Origin: Octopus sinensis
Taxonomy: Eukaryota
DNA length: 64,000 nucleotides
Assembly: GCF_006345805.1 (NCBI RefSeq)
Contig: NC_043023.1
Span: 16,120,001-16,184,000, forward strand
Reading direction: 5' to 3'
Both the position numbers and the translations under genes were made by a program. This document shows positions 1 through 12,913 of this stretch, in pieces. The stretch's first letter is position 1. The number at the start of each line of letters is the position of its first letter. The notes beneath the pieces are model-generated. The model had not been told where the DNA came from and did not search any database. It saw only the letters and a list, made by a program, of their open reading frames with translations.

Positions 1-58
1 CCATGGAAACAAGGGCAGTCTTGGGCAAGTTGGTATGAAGAGTGTATATAAATGATAT

Positions 59-645
59 ACTCTCTTTACTCTTTTACTTGTTTCAGTCATTTGACTGCGG
101 CCATGCTGGAGCACCGCCTTTAGTCGAGCAACTCGACCCCGGGACTTATTCTTTTTGTAAGCCCAGTACTTATTCTATCGGTCTCTTTTTACCGAACCGC
201 TAAGTGACGGGGACGTAAACACACCAGCATCGGTTGTCAAGCAATGCTAGGGGGACAAACACAGACACAAACATATATACACACATACATACATATATAT
301 ATATACATATATACGACAGGCTTCTTTCAGTTTCCGTCTACCAAATCCACTCACAAGGCTTTGGTCGGCCCGAGGCTATAGCAGAAGACACTTGCCCAAG
401 ATGCCACGCAGTGGGACTGAACCCGGAACCATGTGGTTGGTAAACAAGCTACTTACTACACAGCCACTCCTGTGCCTATATACGATGGGCTTCTTTCAGT
501 TTCCGTCTACCAAATCCACTCACAAGGCTTTGGTCGGCCCGAGGCTATAGCAGAAGACACTTGCCCAAGATGCCACGCAGTGGGACTGAACCCGGAACCA
601 TGTGGTTGGTAAACAAGCTACTTACCACACAGCCACTCCTACGCC
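59..645 (-). mobile_element. Dominant tRNA-derived SINE (family 1) with duplicated head
   Basis: Minus-strand head ggagtggctgtgtggtaag...ggttcagtccc (A/B-box-like), internal (TA)n/(TG)n tract and (AAGAGT)-type tail. Dozens of copies occur in the window. Confidence 0.85.
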
Positions 646-689
646 TTGTAATATGTCTTATTTATTTTATTTTTTTAATTTTATTTTAT

Positions 690-1178
690 CTAGTTTCAGC
701 TCATGGGCTGTGGCCATGCTGGGGCACCGCCATTTGGTGTTGCTACTTGGTTTTACTTCATGAATGCTTTTTAGCAATTGCCATTTGGTGCATGAGAGAG
801 TTCGATGCAGCTGCCCTCATCTGCACCTCCTGCTGTGAAGTTGGTTCATCTGGGATACCTGACAGGAAGAGATCCAGTTTTATTTTAAAGACATCTGCAT
901 CCACCCCATGCAGGTCTCTCAGGTTCTTCGAGAGGATATTGAAGAGCTGTGGGCCTCGGAAGCCCAGGCTATCACAGTTTCTTGTCCTACATCTTGATGG
1001 CAAATTTGGAGTCCTTGGCACCACGCAGTGGCGCCCAGTTCTAGCATTTGTGTAACTCTCGATGCCAAATTTGGGACAAGTCCTTCCAGGATCTTCCAGA
1101 TGTATATTATGGCATATCTTTCTCGCCTACGCTCTAAGGAACAGAGTCTTAATCTCTTGAGTCTTGAGTACCGTAATA
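690..1178 (-). mobile_element. 5'-truncated CR1/L2-clade LINE 3' end, frameshifted
   Basis: RLKRLRLCSLERRRERYAIIYIWKILEGLVPN and SLGFRGPQLFNILSKNLRDL...FKIKLDLFLSGIPDEP match the ORF2 C-terminus of CR1-like LINEs. Confidence 0.8.
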
Positions 1179-1208
1179 CTGAGAGTGGTTTATTGTTTAT
1201 CTTTGTAG

Positions 1209-1342
1209 GTGATACACCTGAGGCATCCGATGATATCCAAATGAAATCGTTTGCAGGTGGTGCACAAGGAACCAGCAGCCTCAGAACCAAGTCCATCCTT
1301 GTCATTGGGATGATAACAGCCGTCATCATTTATACATTTTAA
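1209..1342 (+). CDS. Copy 0, last coding exon (stalk + GPI-signal-like tail) of the Ig-like gene family; upstream exons lie left of the window
   Basis: Acceptor ttgtttatctttgtag|GT, phase 1, reads (S)DTPEASDDIQMKSFAGGAQGTSSLRTKSILVIGMITAVIIYTF*. Nearly identical to 59507-59640 and followed by the same conserved 3' UTR with AATAAA at 1459-1464. Confidence 0.8.
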
Positions 1343-1931
1343 GAAATACCAGTAATAATCTCAAGTGCTGGAAGGACACTCCTTTGATATTTAATCCAGT
1401 GCTATGTGGGTAGGAAGCAAGCATTTTACCACATAACCATGCCTGCCACCTATAATTTAATAAATAAGAAATTTTATAAATTTGATTTTGATGTACACCA
1501 GCCTTGTTATAAACTTTTACTGTTTAAATTACTGCCACTCGATTTATGCTGTCAGCGTCATCGTCGAATCAACATCCAGTTTTCTAAAACCCCTGCTCTG
1601 ACTTACATATGTCTAACTCAGAAAAGCAGGGGAAAATATTGGTCAGAATCTCTGTGGATGATGATGATGATGTTGATGATTTCTATTAAAATTCACTGTC
1701 AATTTCAAAAATAATGAAGAATTTAATTAAAAAGCCTTTCCCATAATTAAGTTCAGATTTGGAATATAAATTAAAAAGAACTTTGAAATGGAAGGTTATA
1801 ATTTTGATAACTTCTAACTCTCTTGTATGAAATTTCCGTTTTTCTCTTAAAATATATTACCTATATTTCAATAAAGATTACGAAAATAACTTTGTCATTA
1901 TTAATCTGGTGTTTGGATTATAGATTGCGCG

Positions 1932-1976
<45 letters not shown>

Positions 1977-2004
1977 ATATACATACATATATATATATAT
2001 ATAT

Positions 2005-2370
2005 ATTACTCTTTTACTTGTTTCAGTCATTTGACTGCGGCCATGCTGGAGCACACCTTTAGTACTTATTCTATCGGTCTCTTTTTGCCGAACCGCTAAG
2101 TGACGGGACCGGAAACCTAAACACACCAGCATCGGTTGTGTCAAACAATGCTAGGGGGACAAACACAGACACACACACACACATATACATATATATATAC
2201 ATTATATACGACAGGCTTCTTTCAGTTTCCATCTACCAAATCCACTCACAAGGCATTGGTCGGCCGGGGCTATAGCAGAAGACACTTGCCCAAGATGCCA
2301 CGCAGTGGGACTGAACCCGCAACCGTGTGGTTTGGTTAGCAAGCTACTTACCACACAGCCACTCCTGCAT
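2005..2370 (-). mobile_element. SINE family 1 copy
   Basis: Same consensus as 59-645, with small indels. Confidence 0.8.
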
Positions 2371-3114
2371 ATGTACGTACCTACATCTCATGTATATATA
2401 CATGCATATATGAGTACAGGACACCAAAAAAAACGTCGAACACAATGAGAAACGAAAACATAGACACAAACCAAGGAACTGGACATTTTTTTAAAAACAA
2501 CAAAAAAAATAGAGTACAGGACATTAACACAAAGAAAAAATAAAACCCCTTCTTCAGTCGCCATGGTTTCATCTACTCTACGTTTAAAACCAAGGAACTG
2601 GACATTTTTTTAAACAACAAAAAAATAGAGTACAGGACAATTAAACACAAAGAAAAAAAAACCCCTTCTTCAGTCGCCATGGTTTCATCTACTCTACGTT
2701 TCGAAGGTGAAGGCGAGACGTATCTTCGAATAAGAAAATTTCCTTCCTGCGAAAAGCAAATCAAATAAAAGACAGTAACGACAGTACAAAATATAAACAG
2801 TAAAAAAGACAGGACAATGAGAGCGGGGGAGGACGATGAGGGGGAAAGAAAGGGGAATGGTTGTGAGAAGAACAAGTTAAGTTAAGGGAGGAAAGGAAAT
2901 ATATATTGAGGGGATGAGAGGTAATGGTGTCAGAAGACCCCCAAAGTGTCAGATAATGCTAAGTGCTATGGGCAGACTATAGTTAACCTCCAGGTTCGGT
3001 GATTATGCAAATGAGGAAAAGCTGTAAGAGCTTCTCTTTATAACTGTTCTGAAATCTTTCACAGCCTCGGGTTGTTTTCTCATTCTGTTAATTTTATATA
3101 ATATTATATATATA

Positions 3115-3678
3115 CACTACCGTCAGAAAATTAATTAGCACCCTTGATTTGCTCTTCACTCAAGGTATGTGCTGTCACCTAGTGGCCATATCTTGAACTA
3201 TTTGCTTTGTTGCGAGTTCACACTGTTGCGCAGAAAACGATGACGTACTTTTTTGCAGAGCAGTTTTGAGAGTCTACAGCCTTATGATGTTGACATAGCA
3301 GGCCAACAAATTGGAGTGCGGATGCAGACAAATCTTCCTTGTTTAATAGATATAGGTAGTGCCTCGCAAGGACCGAAATCACACCATACTAAGTTTTCTC
3401 ATCGCGTAAGACATTTTGAACAGCTCATATTTGTTTGCAGAGCAGTTTGAGAGTCTACAGCCTTATGATGTTTGACATAGCAGTGCAACAAATTGGAGTG
3501 CGGATGCAGACAACTCTTCCTTTGTTTAATAGATATAGGTAGTGCTCGCAAGGACCGAAATCACCACCATACTAAGTTTTCTCATCGCGTAAGACTTTTT
3601 GAACAGCTCATAGGTTAATTGATTTAACCTATTTAATGTAGAAATTTGAGAAGTGCTAATTAATTTCTGACGCAAGTG
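3115..3678. mobile_element. Tc1/mariner-like MITE with an internal ~190-bp duplication
   Basis: TIRs cactaccgtcagaaa(a)ttaattagcac / gtgctaattaatttctgacgcaagtg, flanked by TA. Confidence 0.75.
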
Positions 3679-3944
3679 TATATTATAAAATGGTAAAAAC
3701 GGTAAGATACACAAGAAGAAAAGAGACCTCATATTATGTAAATAGAGGAAATTTATCTGCAAAATGACACGTGACAATTATTCATAGCCAAGATGAATAA
3801 TTGTCACGTGTCATTTTACAGATATATATATCTGTCTTTGGCTGCTATTTCTAAATTTTCAGTATGTGGTGAAGCAACTTGTTGATAAACCCTTAATTAT
3901 TTTATAATTATATATATATATAATATATATATTATATATATATA

Positions 3945-4091
3945 CTAGCAGTATCGCCCGGCATTGCTATATAAGCATTTTTAGAGATGTAAGGTATAAT
4001 AGCCATCCCAATATGGCTAACCACAAAGGGGTGTGTAGTTAGGAATCTAGATCATAGGAGACCGACCACAACTTCACTTTTATATATAAGA
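3945..4091 (-). mobile_element. Internally deleted non-autonomous Helitron
   Basis: Reverse complement has the same TC...CTAG ends as 60025-60314. Confidence 0.65.
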
Positions 4092-4519
4092 TTATATATA
4101 TAGTATATATATATATAGTGGGTGTGTGGTAAAGTAGCTTGCTTACCGAACCACATGGTTCCGGGTTCAGTCCCACTGTGTTGCCACCTTGGGTAAGTGT
4201 TTTCTACTATAGCCTCGGGCCGACCAAGCCTAGTGAGTGGATTTGGTAGATGGAAACTGAAAGAAGCCTGTCGTATATATGTATGTATAATATAGTGTTC
4301 GTGTGTCTGTGTTTGTCAACCAATGCTGGTGTATTTACGTTCCTCACTTAGCGGTTCGGCAAAAAGAGACCGATAGAATAAGTACTAGCTTACAAAGAAT
4401 AAGTCCTGGGGTCAATTTGCTCGACTAAAGGGCGGTGCTCCAAATGACTGAATCAAGTCAAAGAGTATATATATATATTGTTGTATTTAGGAATGGTCAT
4501 TTTGCCAGTTTAGCCAATA

Positions 4520-4633
4520 ATGACCATTCCTAAATACAACAACATCTGTTCAACACCATTTCCATACATCAAAAATCTTGCAAACAAATATATAAACGTA
4601 ATATATATATGCTTGTGTGTATGTAATATTCGT

Positions 4634-4680
<47 letters not shown>

Positions 4681-4768
4681 ATATATATATATATGTGTAT
4701 ATAATATATATAATATATACTATATATATATCTATAGTGTATATATATATATGTGTATTGTATTATAT

Positions 4769-4812
<44 letters not shown>

Positions 4813-4840
4813 GAGTGTGTGTGTGTGTGTATATATAGAT
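4520..4840. repeat. (TA)n/(TG)n microsatellite tract
   Basis: Direct reading. Confidence 0.85.
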
Positions 4841-4844
4841 ATTC

Positions 4845-6250
4845 GTTAGTGCAGAATTCCGGGTGGAGGTTGGGGTCCACCAAGGCTCAGTCCTCACCCC
4901 CTCCTATTTAATCATAGTCCTCCAGGCAATAACGGAGGAATTCAAGACAGGATGCCCCTGGGAGCTCCTCTATGCTGATGACCTTGCTGCTCTAATTGCT
5001 GAAGAAGCACTATCGGAACTCGAGAGAATTTCAGGCATGAAGCAAGGATTAGAGGGCAGCAATGTCAAAGGAAAGCTAACTAGGTATATAGTTTTTTGTA
5101 TGTGGCAGATGCTCTGGTGCAATAAACATTGCAAATGTGCAGAGACCATCTTCCGCCACATTCCACAGGAGAAAACTTGAATATAGTTGATAGTTTCTGT
5201 TACCTAGGTGACCAAGTCAGTAGCGGGGGTAGTGTGGCCGAAAGTGATCTGCTAGAGTAAGAAATAGCCTGGCAAGTTCAGAGAGCTCTTACCCTCTGCT
5301 GGTGACAAAAGGTGTCCTCGCTCAGATTAAAAGGCAGACTGTATGACGCATGTGTGCGAACAGCCCATGCTACATGGCAGTGAACATGGATATGCGAAGC
5401 GCACAAGAAATGAAGCCAGTATGCTCCTTTGGATGTGTAATGTCAGTGTTCATACCCGACAGAGTGTAATGCCTTAGGAGAAAAGTTGGACCTAAGAAGC
5501 ATCAGATGTTTTGTGCAAGAGAGGCGTCTACGCTGGTATGGACACGTAGTAAGAATGGATGAAGATAGTTTGTGGTGAAAAAGTGCCACACCTAGCATTT
5601 GAGGGAACCTGTGGAAGAGGTAGACACAGGAAAAACCTGGGACGAGGTGGTGAAGAACGACCTTCGCTCTTTAGGTCTCACCGAGGAAATGACCAGAGAC
5701 CGAGACCTTGGAAGTATGCTCGTGCGTGAGAAGACCCGCAGGACACATGAGGCCATTTACCCATGGCCCCTACCTGGGACGTAGTCAGTCCACCTGTGCA
5801 TACCTTCCTTCTTGGGACACATAACTCTACTTGTGAGACCTGTTGAGACAAGTGAAAATCAAAAATCAAAGAATCAAATCAAAATCGATCATCATCAATG
5901 GAATTTGTAGTTTTGTGGTACCAGTGCTGGTGGCACATAAGTGAAGCCATCTGAACGTGGCTGTAGCCAGTACCACATCGACAGGCCTCCGTGCTGGTGG
6001 CACGTAACAAACACCATCCGAGCGTGGCCGTTCACCAGCCTCGTCTGGCACCTGAGTCGGTGGTACATAAAAAGCACCCACTACACTCACGGAGTGGTTG
6101 GCGTTAGGAAGGGCATCCAGCTGTAGAAACATTGCCAGATCAGACTGGGCCTGGTGCAGCCTTCGGGCTCCCTAGACCCCAGTGAACCATCCAACCCATG
6201 CCAGCATGGAAAGCGGACTTAAATGATGATGATATGATGATGATGATGAA
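4845..6250 (+). mobile_element. Degenerate RTE-clade LINE 3' portion (RT domain to 3' UTR and (GAT)n tail)
   Basis: VGVHQGSVL...QAITEEFKTGCPWELLYADDL RT motifs, later RRLRWYGHVVRM-like and GR..KTWDEVVKNDL-like segments with many frameshifts. Ends ...ggaaagcggac...gatgatgat. Confidence 0.85.
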
Positions 6251-6659
6251 TATATATATATAGATTATATATAAGATATATATTATGTTCGTTTATGTGT
6301 GTGTTTTCCAACAACCCCCCACCGTCACTTGTCAAGTGGTGTCAGTAAATATTTATAGGTCCATAACTTAAGGAAAAGCAATAGATAAAATAAATGCCCA
6401 GCTAACAAAGAATAAGTCCTGGGATCGATTTCTCCAACTGATCCCATTGTTCAAGAAGTTCCTCCCTCCCGCCGGTTCACCCAAGTGTCAAGACATCAAC
6501 AGCCGAGTGCCACATCATCATTGCGACACTGGTGGCATTTCCATACTGGTTCTCAGGCAAGTGGTTGTTTTTTTTCTTTTTTGTTTATGTTGGAGGAACA
6601 GATGAAGGGCCAAACCATTAGGGGCTAGACTTCCTTTTGTACCCCCAACCCTGCTTTAT

Positions 6660-7263
6660 CTCTTTTTACTCTTTTACTTGTTTCAGTCATTTGACGCGGC
6701 CATGCTGGAGCACCGCCTTTAGTCGAGCAAATCGACACCCAGGTCTTATTCTTTGCAAGCCTAGTACTTATTCTATCGGTCTCTTTTGCCGAACCGCTAA
6801 GTAATGCGGAGGTAACCACACCAGCATCGGTGTGTCAAGCGATGTTGGGGGGACAAACACAGACACACAAACATACACACACACACACATACACATATGT
6901 ATACATATATACGACGGGCTTCTTTCAGTTTCCGTCTACCAAATCCACTCACAAGGCTTGTTAGGCCCAAGGCTAGTAGTGAAGACACTTGCCCAAGGTG
7001 CCACGCAGTGGGACTGAACCCGGAACCATGTGGTTGGTAAGCAAACTTCTTACCACACAGCCACTCCTGCGCCTATATATATATATATATATATATATAC
7101 GATGGGCTTCTTTTCAGTTTCTGTCTACCAAATCCACTCACAAGGCTTTGTTAGGCCCAAGGCTATAGTAGAAGACACTTGCCCAAGGTGCCATGCAGTG
7201 GGACTGAACCCGGAACCATGTGGTTGGTAAGCAAACTTCTTACTACACAGCCACTCCTGCGCC

Positions 7264-7297
<34 letters not shown>

Positions 7298-7455
7298 GAT
7301 GGCTTCTTTTCAGTTTCCGTCTACCAAATCTACTCACAAGGTTTGGTCGGCCCGAGGCTATAGTAGAAGACACTTGCTCAAGGTGACACGCAGTGGGACT
7401 GAACCCAGAACTATGTGGTAAGCAAGCTATTTACCACAAAGCCACTCCTACGCCT
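6660..7455 (-). mobile_element. SINE family 1 with three tandem heads
   Basis: Repeated ~180-bp head modules separated by (TA)n. Confidence 0.8.
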
Positions 7456-7658
7456 TTATTTATTTATTTTTACAGAGAACCGCCGTTTTCGGGTACGGAG
7501 ATACGATTCTGCAAAAAGGAAAAAAAAAAAAAAAGGAAAAATTCGAAATTTCTTTCCTCAATTTGATGATGATGATGATGATGATGACTCTTAATTAGAT
7601 ATCTTAATTAGATATAATTTTTGTGTTTTTTCAGGTTTAGAAAATATTTTCACAGATC

Positions 7659-7701
7659 ATGGACATTCTGAAGTTCTTTTGTTGTTTGTCTGCATTATTT
7701 T
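7659..7701 (+). CDS. Copy A coding exon 1 (signal peptide)
   Basis: ATG at 7659, reads MDILKFFCCLSALF + T|gtaag donor. Preceded by acceptor-like ttttttcag. Homologous to 22786 and 45722. Confidence 0.8.
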
Positions 7702-8241
7702 GTAAGTTTTTATTATTCTTTTTCTCTTCATAATTCACTCTTGTTAATTACCCCTATACAGGTGAAACAAATCTGGAATAGGTCCTACATCAATTGGGTT
7801 TTCCCTGTTTTGATGGGGACTTTTCAAATGGTTTTTTTTTTCATAAGACACTTAAGCCTTTCGTCACTGTATTTATTTTGAGATGCTCTGTGTTTCTTTC
7901 AATTATTTTAAATATTACAAAGAATTTAGTAAAATAACTTAGTTATCATTAAGCTAGTGTTAGGAACATAAATTGTGACTAAGATTTAGTGGTATGTTTT
8001 GATGCAAAACTTATGAAAAGACATTTGTACTACAGACGCAGAGCTGGTTTTGGCCAGGTTGGTAACAAAAGGGTCAAAGATGATAGAAGAAAGCTTTTTA
8101 TGAAAAAAGCAATTTTTGAAAATTTATTAAAAAAAAAATTGGTTGTCTCACATACTACATAGACAGCACATACATACCTCCACAAGATGAAACATGAGAT
8201 TTGTCAGTATTAATATGTGTGTAATAACGAAATTGTTTCTA

Positions 8242-8624
8242 CACTACCGTCAGAAATTAATTAGCACCCTTGATTTGCTCTTCACTCAAGGTATGTGCTG
8301 TCACCTAGTGGCCATATCTTGAACTATTGCTTTGTTGCGAGTTCACTGTTGCGCAGAACGATGACGTAACTTTGTTTGCAGAGCAGTTTGAGAGTCTACA
8401 GCCTTATGATGTTGACATAGCAGTGCAACAACAACAACTTGGAGTGCGGATGCAGACAAATCTTCCTTTGTTTAATAGATATAGGTAGCGCCTCGCAAGG
8501 ACCGAAATCACACCATAGTAAGTTTTCTCATCGCGTAAGACGTTTTGAACAGCTCATAGGTTAATTGATTTAACCTATTTAATGTAGAAATTTGAGAAGT
8601 GCTAATTAATTTCTGATGCAAGTG
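8242..8624. mobile_element. Tc1/mariner-like MITE in intron 1 of copy A
   Basis: Same TIRs as 3115-3678. The empty site ttcTAcattaacc at ~24110 in copy B confirms the TA duplication. Confidence 0.85.
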
Positions 8625-8844
8625 TACATTAACCTTTGATGTAATAATATACACACACTAAAATATATACTCTTTACTCTTTTACTTCTTTCAGTCATTT
8701 GACTGCGGCTATGCTGGAGCACCGCCTTTAGTCGAGCAAATCGCCCCAGGCTTATTCTTTGTAAGCCCAGTACTAAGTTACGGGGACGTAAACACACCAG
8801 CATCAGTTGTCAAGCAATGCTAGAGGGACAAACACAGACACACA

Positions 8845-8890
<46 letters not shown>

Positions 8891-9447
8891 TACGACGGGC
8901 TCCTTTCAGTTTCCGTCTACCAAATCCACTCACAACGCTTTGGTCGGCCCGGGGCTATAGCAGAAGACACCTGCCCAAGATGCCACGCAGTGGGTGAAAA
9001 GTACCTGTCAAAACAGAGATAGACCAATTTATGTGGGTGCCCTATTCCAGACCTCTGTCAAATGGCAGACTGACAAATAAACCTTTACCGAAAAGGATTT
9101 TGCCATGGTTTTCGAGGGCTTAGTGCAAAAAAAAAAAGAAGAAAAAAAGGGGCTAAAATCGGTCTGGGGCTGGGTAGAGAAGGGATTGAGGTGAAACAAA
9201 ATGTATTTTCAAATATTCATTTTTTCCTAAAAAGACACCCCTACCTCAGACATTTACAAGGCAAAGGTGACGAAGAGGATTTGGAAAGCTCCTCTCAAAA
9301 TAAATACAATCTAACCCTTGTGGAGATCCTGATCAGAAACTCTGCCAATGAAATAGCCTTTTTCCTTCTAATGTAATGTTAATTTATTCACATTATTTTG
9401 AATGATTTCATCTTAAAATCAAACATTTTTGTTTTCATCTTTTACAG

Positions 9448-9486
9448 GTTTGACGAGTGCAAAAGGTTATCGTATCCATCAAAATG
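9448..9486 (+). CDS. Copy A coding exon 2 (39-nt; signal peptide end and mature N-terminus)
   Basis: catcttttacag|GT...AAT G|gtaaat, phase 1-1, reads (C)LTSAKGYRIHQN. Confidence 0.78.
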
Positions 9487-9534
9487 GTAAATGGATTAAC
9501 AAAACTTCTTCCCCTTTTAAACTAGACATTACCT

Positions 9535-9929
9535 GATCTTTTCCGTTTGACCGGCAGTTTTTAAAAATAATTTCCACGTAACTAAACACTTTTAAACTTC
9601 GTATACTGGTAGAATGTTTTATAAAACATCTTTTCTCTTGGCTTTATCGAGAAAATTCTATAATTGTAAGATATTTGTTGTTTTTTCCCTTCAATTTCTG
9701 CAATTTCAACCAATCAATGACGTCTATTGAGGCGAAAACATTCTGTGCCGTATGAATATGTCCCTCGTTTAAGAAACAGATTGAGTTTATTTACATTTCT
9801 GAAGAAGAAAAGATACCCCCACCCCTAAAACAGATTGAAATGCAATAGATCGATACTAGGGTCATAATTATGGGTGACAATTTCATATGACACTGCTAGA
9901 AAAAACTGGCATTCAAACAGAAAAGATCC
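9535..9929. mobile_element. hAT-like MITE in intron 2 of copy A
   Basis: TIRs (g)gatcttttccgtttga / tcaaacagaaaagatcc with 8-bp TSD cattacct. Confidence 0.8.
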
Positions 9930-10587
9930 CATTACCTTTTCAGTTCTGTCTTCTATTTCTTTCTCTTAATTCAAAGCTTTTAGTCACTGTTTTGCTTTTG
10001 GTTTCTTTAAAGTTTTTATTCTGACCATCGAGAAGGGCTAAAGAGCCAGAAATACACATTGAGGAAACACTAGAGCAGCGGGTTTCAACCAGGGTCAAGA
10101 TGGCTTGTGGGGGTACTTATAAAATGGCCACCTTCAATCTTGCCATGGATCCAACAAACCACAGCATTGTGGCAGGCTCCATTCCAGGCATTGGCAAGGT
10201 TTCGATTTCTTGATGACCTTCCTAACACTGACCCCTTTACAAAGTGTGGTGGGTGCATTTTTTTTTATTACTGCACCACCACTGAATTGGTTTCCATTTC
10301 TCTGGGATTATGATTGTCTTTCTAAAGAGGATTAGGGTTATCATGTTTATCCTCCGTCATTCAAGGTCCACGTTCCATGCTGGCATCATTGACCCCTTTT
10401 CGGTCCCTATCATTTTACAGTGCCCTGGAGCCTTTTTTTGCACATAACTGGCCCCTAGTGAAGTCACTAAATAACGGGAAAAGGCAAAGGAAGAGGAAGG
10501 AAACAAACCTTTACTGAAGAGCATAGTAGAGAAGGAGATGGCCTTATGTCAGTAGTTGAGAGGTATACCAGGTATGATAGATAGACA

Positions 10588-11110
10588 GGTGAGCTGGCAG
10601 AATCGTTAGCACCCTGGGTGAAAGGCTTACCGGTATTTCGTCTGCCGTTACGTTGTGAGTTCAAATCCCGCCGAGGTCGACTTTGCCTTTCATCCTTTCG
10701 GGATCGATAAATTAAGTACCAGTTACGCACTGGGGTCGATGTAATCGACTTAATACCTATGTCTGTCCTTGTTTGTTTCCTCTATGTTTAGCCCCTTGTG
10801 GGTACTAAAGAAATAGGTATTTCGTCTGCCGTTATGTTGTGAGTTCAAATTCCGCCGAGGTCGACTTTGCCTTTCATCCTTTCGGGATCGATAAATTAAG
10901 TACCAGTTACGCACTGGGGTCGATGTAATCGACTTAATACCTACGTCTGTCCTTGTTTGTCTCCTCTATGTTTAGCCCCTTGTGGACAATAAAGAAATAT
11001 ATATATTATCATTTGTTTCCAGTTCACTGTGTAAAACATGTCCAGGGGTCGATATAATCCACTTAATCCATTTGTCTGTCCTCATTTAGCCCCTTATGGG
11101 TAGTAAAGAA
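10588..11110 (+). mobile_element. SINE family 2 with tandem ~180-bp body modules
   Basis: Head ggtgagctggcagaatcgttagc, B-box-like gagttcaaattcc and core gaggtcgactttgcctttcatcctttcg, repeated. Homologues at 26432-26830 and 49112-49510. Confidence 0.75.
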
Positions 11111-12249
11111 AGGGTATGATAGAAGGACAGGAACCCGTGTCTTACTGCAGTGACCCTGCATTATATAAGGGTGGGCGGGAGTGAGTGGATAGGGACATGG
11201 TTTAATCAGGGGTACACCCATGTCTGATGAAGTTATGTTCCAGTAAACATAAATCTCATTAAATTAAAACTCATTAGGCTGAGTGTAATAAGATGTCTAA
11301 TTTCTTTTGATGGTCTCTATTGCACATTTTCCCTTTTAATTTCCAGGGGCAAAAACTATTAACCCTTTAGCGTTCAGATTATTCAGTCAAATGTAATCCT
11401 TTTTTATTCTCAATGTTTTGGATTAATCATGGATTATCTCATAGCTTTGAGATTTCAATGATGTGATGCTTTATTTCCAGAATGACATTGTAGGTTAGAT
11501 GGGAGAGGTCAGATATGGCTAGTTTGAACATCAGACAAGTAGAGTACTTGGATCTGATATCACTAGGCACCATCCGAGCGTGATCGTTGCCAGAGCAGCC
11601 AACTGGCTCCGTGCCAGTGGTACGTAAAAGGGCACCATTCGAGCGTGATCTTTACCAATGTCGCCTTACTGGCACCTGTGTCGGTGGCACGTGTAAAAAG
11701 ATTCGAGCAAGGTCTTTGCCAGATAATGTTCCTTCAAAATATACAAAAAATTCAGGTCACCCGGCCGACTAGCTCTCTTGCTTCATTGAAGCACTCAGCC
11801 AGTTCCAGGCAAGACCACAATTCCCGATCCTGCACAGATCGCTATCCCATAGGACCTCCGCAGCCACCTGCGAAGGCCACTCAGGGTCCTCCGTGCAGGA
11901 CCAAAGTCCCTCCCATTGGCCTCTCCTTTTCATTTTTCTTATCTCATTTTCAATGGTTCCTCCTTTGTGGAAGAGGACCACACATTTATCCTCCGGCGGC
12001 ACGCCCGCCTGAGGAGGCTTGGAAGACGCCGTCCGCGTGTTACAATCCGCCGCCGGCATTCCGTTTCTCTTTTTTCTTTTTTTTCCCTGGGCCGCGGGAG
12101 GGTGAGGTTCCTGTGGTGTACACAACGGGTCCTCTTTTTCTCCCGCAGCTCCCGGGGTCTTTCGGTGGGTCACCATTGTTGCCTGCCTTTCTTTTACGTT
12201 TTGAGGATGTAACAACCTCCTCATCACTCTTCTGTTTCTCCCCCACTCT

Positions 12250-12892
12250 CCAACTACTTATCACACAGCCACTCATGCGCCTATATATATATATATATAT
12301 ATAAACAATGGGCTTCTTTCAGTTTCCATCTATCAAATCCACTCACAAGGCTTTGGTTGGCCTGAGGCTACAGTAGAAGACACTTGCCCAAGGTGCCACG
12401 CAGTGGGACTGAACCCGGAACCATGTGGTTGGTAAACAAGCTACTTACCACACAGCCACTCCTGCACCTATATATATATATACATATAAACAATGGGCTT
12501 CTTTCAGTTTCCATCTATCAAATCCACTCACAAGCTTTGGTCGGCCTGAGGCTACAGTAGAAGACACTTGCCCAAGGTGCCACGCAGTGGGACTGAACCC
12601 GGAACCATGTGGTTGGTAAACAAGCTACTTACCACACAGCCACTCCTGCGCCTATATATATATATATATAAACAATGGGCTTCTTTCAGTTTCCATCTAT
12701 CAAATCCACTCAAGAGCCTTTGAAACACACAAGTGTGTATGTATATACACACACACACACACACAATGGGCTTCTTTCAATTTCCATCTAGAAAATCCAC
12801 TCACAAGCCTGATGCTGTAGTAGAAGACACTTTCCCAAGGTGCTCTGCAGTGGGACTGAACCCAAAACCGTATGATTGAAACGCAAACTTCT
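12250..12892 (-). mobile_element. Tandem SINE family 1 heads ending just upstream of the exon 3 acceptor
   Basis: Three to four head modules; the last, diverged one abuts the branch/polypyrimidine region. Confidence 0.75.
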
Positions 12893-12913
12893 TAACTGAT
12901 TTCTTTATTTCAG

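Noticed and set aside
234-443. Recurring short ORFs such as ...[33 protein letters not shown]
   Set aside because: Antisense translations of SINE family 1.
1406-1714. Recurring ORF MGRKQAFYHITMPATYNL... (also at 14915 and 59704)
   Set aside because: It starts at GTG, lies in the 3' UTR across the AATAAA, has different C-termini in each copy and no splice signals. Its conservation reflects the duplication.
3755-3823. Small hairpin with ~30-bp arms as an RNA gene or terminator
   Set aside because: No supporting context; most likely a MITE remnant.
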